Shown in pieces: positions 57,239-64,000 of a DNA stretch of 64,000 nt (its first letter is position 1; each line of letters starts with the position of its first letter). Both the position numbers and the translations under genes were made by a program. Below the pieces are notes generated by a model. The model had not been told where the DNA came from and did not search any database. It saw nothing but the letters and a program-made list of their open reading frames with translations. The DNA comes from Verrucomicrobiota bacterium (GTDB lineage Bacteria > Verrucomicrobiota > Verrucomicrobiia > Limisphaerales > J093). The stretch spans positions 837-64,836 of the forward strand of contig JBEKGJ010000019.1 in the NCBI GenBank assembly GCA_050012855.1. The letters run 5' to 3'.

Positions 57239-59161
57239 ATGTCCTCGACCTTTCCAGTCGAACTGCCCGATGTGAAGTACTTCACACGGCAGGTCCTCTG
57301 CCGTGAGGGTTGCCCGGTCCGCACGGACTCCGGCGGTTACGTCCAGGCCATCGCGGAAGGACGTTACGAGGATGCCTACATCCTGGCTCGGACACCCAAT
57401 CCATTTGCCTCGATCTGTGGCCGCGTCTGCGCGGCGCCGTGCGAGGCCAAATGCCGCCGCGGAGCGCTGGACGCGGCGGTTTCGATTCGTGCCTTGAAGC
57501 GGTTCGTTTGCGAGAAGTTCGGTGTCGAGTCAGACCGCTTTGATCTCGGTCGCGTCTATCCGGATCTGCGGGGTCAACGCCGCGAGCGCATTGGCGGCGG
57601 GCGCAAGGTGGCGATCATCGGTGCCGGTCCAGCGGGCTTGTCGTGCGCCCACGAGCTGGCGTTGATGGGCTTTGCGCCGACGGTGTTCGAGGCGCACGAG
57701 GTGGCGGGCGGCATGCTGGTGCTCGGCGTCCCGGAATACCGGCTGCCACGTGAGATTGTCCAGGCCGAGATCGAGGCCATCGAATCGCTGGGGGTGCAGA
57801 TTCAACTCAACGCCCGGCTCGGCCGCGATTTCCTGCTGGCCGACCTGCCGCGGCAGGGTTTTGAGGCGGTCTTCCTCGGCATTGGCGCGCACAAGAGCCG
57901 CGAGTTGAGCATCGAAGGCGTCCAACTCGACGGGGTGCTGCGCGCCATCGAGTTCCTCCTCAACGTCAACCTTGGCTTCCGGGTGACGCTCGGCCGCAAG
58001 GTCGTTGTTATTGGCGGGGGCAATGTCGCCTTCGACGTGGCGCGCTCGGTTGTCCGTCAGGCCGAGAAGTTCGCCGGGATGAGCGAGGCGGAGTTGCGCG
58101 TCGCGCTGCACCAGGCCGCGGCGGCGCTGGAGGAATTGACCGCGCAGGACGCCGAGGCGCCCGACGCCGTGCGTCTCGCGCTGGACGTGGCGCGCGAGGC
58201 CATCCGCAAAGGCGTGCCCGAAGTGCACATGTATTGTCTGGAAAGCCTCGACGAAATCCCGGCCGCGCGTGAGGAAATTGAGGAGGCGGAACGGGAAGGC
58301 ATCCAGCTCCACACGCGCTACGGTCCGAAACGCATTCTCGGCCGCGACGGCAAAGTCAGCGGCATCGAATTGATCAAGGCGAGCCGCGTGTTCGACGAGA
58401 ACCGCCGCTTCAATCCGCAGTTCGCCGACGGCAGCGAGGAGACGGTCGCCTGCGACACCGTGGTGCTCGCCATCGGCCAGTCGGCGGATCTGACGTGGCT
58501 GCGGCCCGAAGACAACCTGAAGGTGACCCCGCGCGGTACGCTGCAGACCGATCCGCAAACGATGGCGACTTCGCGGCCCGACGTGTTTGCCGGCGGCGAC
58601 GTGGCGTTCGGACCCCGCATCATCATCACCGCGGTGGCCGAAGGCAAACGGGCGGCGCGAGCGATCGCGAAGCACCTCACTGGCCACGAACCGGCCGAGC
58701 CGTGCCAGGCGCGCGTGACCATCTACAACCCGTTGCAGTACCGGATGAAGCCGGATTACGAGAAGCGGGTCCGCCGTCCGCCGCCGACGCTGCCGCTGGA
58801 CCGCCGCATCGGGATCGCCGAAGTGGAATTGAGTTATCCGGAAGCCGGTGCGCAGGAGCAGGCGGTTCGCTGCCTGAAATGCCACATCGGCCCGGTGTTC
58901 AACGGCGACGAATGCATCCTCTGCGGCGGCTGTGCGGATGTTTGCCCGGAGTTTTGCCTGCGGCTGGTAGATGCCGCCAGCCTGCGCGGCGACGACCGAT
59001 TGCCGGCCGCGTTCCTGGCGCGCTACGGACGCGTGCCCGGGCGTGGCGAGCAAGGCGCGATCATCAAGGACGAGACACGCTGCATTCGCTGCGGTCTGTG
59101 TGCCGCGCGTTGTCCCACCGGCGCGATCACGATGGAGCGGGTGGAACTGGTGCCGGCGTGA
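57239..59161 (+). CDS. GltD-like FAD/NAD(P)-binding oxidoreductase fused to a 2x[4Fe-4S] ferredoxin domain (640 aa, cytoplasmic)
   Basis: N-terminal Fe-S motif CREGCPV...[19 protein letters not shown]. Dinucleotide folds [14 protein letters not shown] and [12 protein letters not shown]; also VFAGGD. C-terminal CLKCH..., [12 protein letters not shown] and [12 protein letters not shown]. No signal peptide. Confidence 0.85.
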   Translation: MSSTFPVELPDVKYFTRQVLCREGCPVRTDSGGYVQAIAEGRYEDAYILARTPNPFASICGRVCAAPCEAKCRRGALDAAVSIRALKRFVCEKFGVESDRFDLGRVYPDLRGQRRERIGGGRKVAIIGAGPAGLSCAHELALMGFAPTVFEAHEVAGGMLVLGVPEYRLPREIVQAEIEAIESLGVQIQLNARLGRDFLLADLPRQGFEAVFLGIGAHKSRELSIEGVQLDGVLRAIEFLLNVNLGFRVTLGRKVVVIGGGNVAFDVARSVVRQAEKFAGMSEAELRVALHQAAAALEELTAQDAEAPDAVRLALDVAREAIRKGVPEVHMYCLESLDEIPAAREEIEEAEREGIQLHTRYGPKRILGRDGKVSGIELIKASRVFDENRRFNPQFADGSEETVACDTVVLAIGQSADLTWLRPEDNLKVTPRGTLQTDPQTMATSRPDVFAGGDVAFGPRIIITAVAEGKRAARAIAKHLTGHEPAEPCQARVTIYNPLQYRMKPDYEKRVRRPPPTLPLDRRIGIAEVELSYPEAGAQEQAVRCLKCHIGPVFNGDECILCGGCADVCPEFCLRLVDAASLRGDDRLPAAFLARYGRVPGRGEQGAIIKDETRCIRCGLCAARCPTGAITMERVELVPA

Positions 59162-59324
59162 ACTGCCCATCCGAAATGCCCATGTCGAAGCCAGCAACCA
59201 ATCCAACCGACGAGGCCCGCCGAACGGCGCGCGGGCTTGCGCCTGCTTCAGTCGTGAGTCGGCGGACGAGGAAACAACCTCCAGGCTGCCGGCGGGCAGC
59301 GATGGGTTTCGGATTCCGGATTGC

Positions 59325-59795
59325 ATGAACCACCTTCCTTCCACCCCCGGCGTTCCCCGCCGGAGTTTCCTCCAACTCTCGCTTGGCTGGATGGCGGCCA
59401 CCTTCGCGACCGCCGCTTCGACCGTGGCGGCCGTACGGTTTCTGGTGCCCAACGTGCTGTACGAGCCGAGCGAGCGCTTCAAGGCGGGCAAGCCGGAGGA
59501 TTACCCGGACGGCGCGGTGACCTTCCTGGAAAACGAGCAGGTCTTTCTCCTTCGCAAAGGCAACACCTTCCGCTGTCTGTCCGCGGTTTGCACGCACCTG
59601 GGCTGCACCGTTAATCGTGCCGACCACGGCTACCACTGCCCCTGCCACGGCAGTGTGTTCAACGACCAGGGCGAAGTCGAAGGCGGCCCGGCCCCGCACC
59701 CGTTGCCGTGGTTCCAGGTGACGCTCAGCAAGGACGAGCGGTTGCTGGTGGACAAAAGCAAGGTGGTTTCCTCGGACAAACCCCTGGTGGTATGA
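59325..59795 (+). CDS. Rieske [2Fe-2S] protein with Tat signal (156 aa)
   Basis: RRSFLQ twin-arginine motif. CTHLGCTV and CPCHGS cluster-binding boxes. ATG at 59325 inside track ORF 58971-59795. Confidence 0.9.
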   Translation: MNHLPSTPGVPRRSFLQLSLGWMAATFATAASTVAAVRFLVPNVLYEPSERFKAGKPEDYPDGAVTFLENEQVFLLRKGNTFRCLSAVCTHLGCTVNRADHGYHCPCHGSVFNDQGEVEGGPAPHPLPWFQVTLSKDERLLVDKSKVVSSDKPLVV

Positions 59796-61078
59796 ACGTG
59801 CCGCTGCCCAAACGAATCTGGCAGGCGTTCGCCCGCACGCGCGTCGGCCGCTCGATCTTCCGCGTCGGCCTGCCGGAGAGCAACCTGGAGCGGTCGCAGG
59901 CGATGGTGTCCAGCTTCCTGCTGCACGTGCAGCCGGCCAAGGTCCACCGCCATTCCCTCCGCGCCGCCTACTCGCTTGGCCTGGGGCTGATCACGCTCTA
60001 CCTGTTCCTGATCCTGATCGGCACCGGCGTGCTGCTCATGTTCTACTACGTGCCGAGCACCCAGCAGGCCTACGACGCGATGAAGGACCTCCAGTTCGTC
60101 GTCTCCGCCGGCCTGCTCATGCGCAACATGCACCGCTGGGCCGCTCACTTGATGGTGTTGTTTGTCATGCTGCACCTGTGCCGCGTCTTTTACACCGGCG
60201 CCTACAAACGGCCGCGCGAGTTCAACTGGCTCCTTGGGGTCGGTCTGTTTCTCCTGACGGTGGCGCTGAGTTTTACCGGTTACCTGCTGCCGTGGGACCA
60301 ACTCGCGTTCTGGGCCATCAAAGTCGGCACCAGCATTGCCGGTTACGCGCCCGTCATTGGCCAGAAGCTTCGGTTCCTGATGCTGGGCGGACACACGGTC
60401 GGCCAGGAGGCGCTCATCCGGTTCTACGTGCTCCACGTCATCGTGCTGCCGGGCTTGGCCGTCCTGATGATCGCCCTGCACCTCTGGCGCGTACGCAAGG
60501 ACGGCGGGTTGTCGCGCCCCGATGAGCCCGGTGACGTCGTCGAACAGATCGAACTGGGCCAGTTGCCAACCAACAAAACCTACGGCCTGATGGAGCTGGC
60601 GCGCGGCACCACGCCGCAAGTCGGCCGGGATCCGGAGGACGAAGTGTTTTCCTGGCCGCATCTGGTGTTCCGCGAGTTGCTGCTGTTCCTGCTGGTGGTG
60701 GCGGTGGTGTTGTTCCTGGCGATCTTCTGGAACGCACCGCTGGAGGAATTTGCCAACCCGATCCACCCGCCCAACCCCGCCAAGGCGCCGTGGTATTTTC
60801 TCGGCCTGCAGGAATTGGTGAGTTACTCGGCGTTCTGGGGCGGGGTGGTGGTGCCAGGGCTGCTGGTGACCGCGCTGGCGTTGCTCCCTTATCTCGACCG
60901 CCGGCGCGTCGGCATCGGCCGGTGGTTCGCCCGCGAGCGCTGGGTGGCCAACACGATCTTCACCGTCTGTCTGCTGGCGGCCATCGTCTTCACCGTCATC
61001 GGCTCGTTTTTCCGCGGCCCGAACTGGGGCTGGGTGGAGCCGTGGCAGAAACCGCCGGCGGTATCGGAGGGATCCTGA
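59792..61078 (+). CDS. cytochrome b (fused b6 plus subunit IV type, 428 aa)
   Basis: ATGA overlap with the Rieske stop. [76 protein letters not shown]-like [10 protein letters not shown]. Confidence 0.9.
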   Translation: MNVPLPKRIWQAFARTRVGRSIFRVGLPESNLERSQAMVSSFLLHVQPAKVHRHSLRAAYSLGLGLITLYLFLILIGTGVLLMFYYVPSTQQAYDAMKDLQFVVSAGLLMRNMHRWAAHLMVLFVMLHLCRVFYTGAYKRPREFNWLLGVGLFLLTVALSFTGYLLPWDQLAFWAIKVGTSIAGYAPVIGQKLRFLMLGGHTVGQEALIRFYVLHVIVLPGLAVLMIALHLWRVRKDGGLSRPDEPGDVVEQIELGQLPTNKTYGLMELARGTTPQVGRDPEDEVFSWPHLVFRELLLFLLVVAVVLFLAIFWNAPLEEFANPIHPPNPAKAPWYFLGLQELVSYSAFWGGVVVPGLLVTALALLPYLDRRRVGIGRWFARERWVANTIFTVCLLAAIVFTVIGSFFRGPNWGWVEPWQKPPAVSEGS

Positions 61079-61307
61079 TGCAATCCGAAAGCCGACAGCC
61101 TGGCGATGGCGGCGGATGGTTCGTGGCACGGTTCGCCCGACCGGTTGGGCCACCGACTTTCAACCCGGCCCCCGCTGCGCCGTTCGACGCGTGGTGGATT
61201 TGGCAGCCCGCGCCACGGGGCCGGCGGCTTGACGGCCACGCCCGGTCCGGGTTTCCGATTTCGGGTTTCCTTCAGTTTTCGATTCTCGGCCTTCGGATTT
61301 GTCGCGC

Positions 61308-62696
61308 ATGAACGACTCCTCTCTCCGCAAATTCTACGGCTGGTTCACGATCCTCGGCTTGCTCGTCGGCCTGCTGGTCGTCGTCGGCTATTACAAGGAC
61401 GAGTTCCGTGAGTGGAAGGTTTACCAGGGCAGCTACGTCCAGTTCGAGGTTCGCCGCGCCACGACGCCCCAACAGAGGCGGCTGGCCGAGGCCACCCCCG
61501 TCGAAATCCGCCAGATCAATTTGTCCGAACTCCATCGTCTGGACCGTTGCACCACCTGCCATCTGGCGGTGGAAGACCCAAGCTACGGTGGCTATCCACA
61601 ACCGCTGGCCTACCATCCGCTGCACGACCAGCACCCGTTCGAGAAATTCGGCTGTACGGTCTGCCACCGCGGCCAGGGCCGCGCCACTACCGTCGCCGAT
61701 GCCCACGGCCACGTCCCGCACTGGGATGAACCGATGCTGCCGCTGCGCTACATCCAGGCTTCCTGTGGCCAGTGCCACCAGGCGGCCGACAATCCCGCCG
61801 CGCCGGACCTGGCCCGCGGCCAGCAGGTGTTCGAGGAGAACGGTTGCCGCGGCTGCCACAAACTCGCCGGCGTAGGCGGCATCATCGGGCCGGAACTGGA
61901 CAAAGTCGGCGCGCGCCGTGCGCCCGAGTGGTTCCGGAAGCACTTCCTCGCCCCCGCCACCGTTACGCCCGGCTCCGCGATGCCGCCGCAGAAGCTCTCC
62001 GAAACCAACCTCGAAGCAATCACCTTGTTCATGCTCAGCCAGACGGGCGAAGCGTTGCCCGGCTATTACGCTTCGATGAAAGTGATTCCCAGTGCCAGTG
62101 AGGGCCGGCGGCTGTTCGAGCAAAAGGGCTGCATCGCCTGTCACTCCCTCGGCGGCAACGGCGGCAAGATCGGCCCGGCCTTGGACGACGTCGGCCTGCG
62201 GCGCACGCTGGAATGGATGGTCCAGCATTTCCGCGACCCGCAGACTGTTAGTCCCGGCTCAGTCATGCCGCGGTTTGGCTTCACGGAAGCGGAGGCGCGC
62301 GCCCTCGCCGACTTCCTGTTACATCTGCGCGACGCAAAGGTGGCATTGAGCCTGCCCGCCCTGATGAGCCCGGTCGAACGCGGCCGCGCGGTCTTCCGCA
62401 AGTACGGTTGCGCCGGTTGCCACGGTCCCGACGCCAAAGGCGGCGTGCCCAATCCCAACGCCAAGACGGCCCAGCAGGTGCCCGGTCTGCTCTACGTGGC
62501 CGACGGCTACACCAAGGCCGAACTGAAGGCACGCATCCTGAACGGCCAGAAAGAAATCACCGCGCTCGACCCCAAGCGTCCGCCGCCGCCGCTTTACATG
62601 CCGGCCTGGCGGGGCACCATTAGCGACACCGAAGTGGATGATTTGATCGCCCACCTCATCAGTCTGAAACCGAAGGGCGAGGAACCCGGCTTTTAG
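61308..62696 (+). CDS. membrane-anchored hexaheme c-type cytochrome (about 462 aa)
   Basis: Six CxxCH motifs read directly (CTTCH, CTVCH, CGQCH, CRGCH, CIACH, CAGCH). N-terminal TM helix FYGWFTILGLLVGLLVVVGYY. The track ORF starts at 61299. Confidence 0.85.
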   Translation: MNDSSLRKFYGWFTILGLLVGLLVVVGYYKDEFREWKVYQGSYVQFEVRRATTPQQRRLAEATPVEIRQINLSELHRLDRCTTCHLAVEDPSYGGYPQPLAYHPLHDQHPFEKFGCTVCHRGQGRATTVADAHGHVPHWDEPMLPLRYIQASCGQCHQAADNPAAPDLARGQQVFEENGCRGCHKLAGVGGIIGPELDKVGARRAPEWFRKHFLAPATVTPGSAMPPQKLSETNLEAITLFMLSQTGEALPGYYASMKVIPSASEGRRLFEQKGCIACHSLGGNGGKIGPALDDVGLRRTLEWMVQHFRDPQTVSPGSVMPRFGFTEAEARALADFLLHLRDAKVALSLPALMSPVERGRAVFRKYGCAGCHGPDAKGGVPNPNAKTAQQVPGLLYVADGYTKAELKARILNGQKEITALDPKRPPPPLYMPAWRGTISDTEVDDLIAHLISLKPKGEEPGF

Positions 62697-63134
62697 TCCG
62701 GCACAGAAACAGAAACCGTCCGATTTCTGCGTCAGGCTCACCCCGCAACCTGCCGCCGGGCCGTGTTCCATGCGAAGCCGGAAGGGAGCCATGTGTGCCG
62801 GGCTGGCGGCAAGGAACCGCGGCATTCTCGCCATGGCGGCCCCTCTCACCTCGCTTTACCTCGCCTGCGAACCGGTTGCGAAGCCCGAGAACCGTCCGAT
62901 GGTCATCGCCGTGGCCTTCCGGTTTCTTCAACCTCGCATAACCAACGGTTGGTTCGACACGGAGCCACTTCTTGCTCGCGACATTCTTACCCGGAGTCCG
63001 CAGCCGAGATTCTGAGCCGCCTGGCATTAAACGGTTAGCGCGGAAGGCGGCCACAATCGGAGGGTTTGATTCTTACTCTGGTTTTTTCCACCCATCCTTG
63101 AGCGAAAATGGGGGGCAATCCCAATTTGAGGAAG

Positions 63135-63175
63135 TGGTGGCTGGGGGCGGAATTGAACCGCCGAACCGATACACG
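63135..63175 (-). other. tRNA 3'-half fragment (T-arm, acceptor and CCA), putative att site
   Basis: The minus strand reads ...TATCGGTTCGGCGGTTCAATTCCGCCCCCAGCCACCA, a perfect T-arm GGCGG/TTCAATT/CCGCC. No matching 5' acceptor strand, D-arm or anticodon arm lies upstream, so this is not an intact tRNA. Confidence 0.55.
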
Positions 63176-63263
63176 TTTTCTAGTATATTGAATATCAGCA
63201 TCTTGTAAAATGTGAGTTTTTGGAAATTGACCTTTTTATTCCCACTTTTATTCTCACTCCTGT

Positions 63264-64000
63264 ATGGCAAGCGTTATCAAACGCCCACAGTCTGGCTACT
63301 GGTATGCGTGCTGCGCCGACCAGCAGGGGCGGCAGCTTACACGGTCCACGAAAACCTCCGACCGGCGCAAGGCGCTCCAGATCGCGATCGAGCTGGAACG
63401 CGTGGAGATGCAGAGCCTGACCACCACCCAACTCCGGAAAATCCTGAGTGACGTCTCGGAGAAGGTTAACGGGGACAATCTCTCCGTTCCCACGATCGAG
63501 GCGTACCTGAAAGACTGGTTGAAACTGATCGGGGCACGGATCAAGCCGGCCACCCTGATTCGTTACGACGGCACCGTGACGAAATTCCTTGCCCACATGG
63601 GAGCGAGGGCAAGGCAGGCCGTCACGTCCCTCACCCCCAGGATATCGAACGGTTCATGAGTGCCCGCTTGGCGGCCGGCTGCGCGCCGAAGACGACTATC
63701 GTGGACATGAAGACGCTCGGCACTGCCTTTCGCCGGGCCGAAGCCTACGGTGTCATCTTGAAGAATCCGGTGACCGCCGTGCGTCCACCCAGGGACGAAT
63801 CTTCCGAGCGCGATGGGTTCACCCAGAAAGAGGTCGAGAAGTTGCTGAAGGCCACTCCAACGGTCGAATGGCAGACCCTGATCCTCCTCGGCTATTTCTT
63901 GGGAGCGCGGCTCAGCGATTGCGTACACATGCAGTGGGAGAACGTGCTTCCCGAGAAAGGGGTCATCGCCTATGAGCAGATAAAGACCGGGAAGAAGGTA
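63264..64000 (+). pseudogene. tyrosine recombinase / phage-type integrase, frameshifted, runs off the window
   Basis: MASVIKRPQSGYWYACCADQQGRQLTRSTKTSDRRKAL...TIEAYLKDWL (SAM-like N domain). After a C5 run at 63634-63638 the reading continues in another frame: DIERFMSARLAAGCAPKTTIVDMKTLGTAFRRAE...LILLGYFLGARLSDCVHMQWENV (catalytic Arg box). Confidence 0.75.

Larger units (their letters stand above)
63135..64000. mobile_element. left edge of an integrase-bearing integrated element (extends beyond the window)
   Basis: tRNA 3' fragment, an AT-rich 90-bp spacer (63176-63263), and an integrase gene reading into the element. Confidence 0.5.

Noticed and set aside
61078-61311. 77-aa ORF starting at a TGATG overlap with the cytochrome b stop
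   Set aside because: The translation ([24 protein letters not shown]...) has no TM helix, heme motif or recognisable features, and it overlaps the start of the hexaheme gene. It is likely a chance ORF in GC-rich spacer. It could be revisited if proteomics detects it.
62700-63134. ORFs 62763-63038, 62770-63015 and 62659-63054 between the hexaheme gene and the tRNA fragment
   Set aside because: They are mutually overlapping in different frames, have no start-site context or motifs, and look like intergenic DNA.

Overview
High-GC bacterial chromosome segment, about 60-65% GC by eye, with a few clearly lower-GC inserts. All coordinates were indexed by hand and no searches or computations were run. 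The gene content looks like the PVC superphylum, probably Verrucomicrobiota. That is an inference from a prepilin-type H-X9-DG pseudopilin-like gene, ECF-sigma/LamG remnants and Y1-transposase remnants with a DnaA-like HTH tail.

Core genes:
- an APC amino-acid permease
- an RND adaptor plus pump
- an FmdB zinc-ribbon gene
- a 12-gene complex I operon in the order nuoA-B-C-D-I-H-J-K-L-M-M-N, with no nuoEFG, two tandem nuoM and a long nuoL
- a GH29 fucosidase
- a MacB-type ABC exporter
- a six-hairpin glycoside hydrolase
- a sensor kinase / response regulator / cyclase operon
- tRNA-Leu(TAG)
- a PocR-AraC regulator, followed by a respiratory cluster: monoheme cyt c, porin, monoheme cyt c, GltD-like flavoprotein-ferredoxin, Rieske, cytochrome b and hexaheme cyt c

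Most unusual locus: a translationally coupled three-gene membrane operon at 42404-46321. It encodes a Cys-less rhodanese fused to a 7-TM Cys-rich domain, an Lgt-like domain fused to a Tes/MJ0619-type radical SAM enzyme, and a small Pro/Glu-rich membrane protein.

Accessory and decaying DNA:
- three type II TA modules; two have damaged toxin genes
- two low-GC inserts
- Y1-transposase remnants
- a sigma/LamG/GH27 pseudogene chimera
- three short interspersed repeat families
- a 161-bp heptanucleotide microsatellite
- a frameshifted tyrosine integrase next to a tRNA 3' fragment at the right edge

Many long ORFs in the supplied track are antisense shadow ORFs of the high-GC genes and were not annotated.
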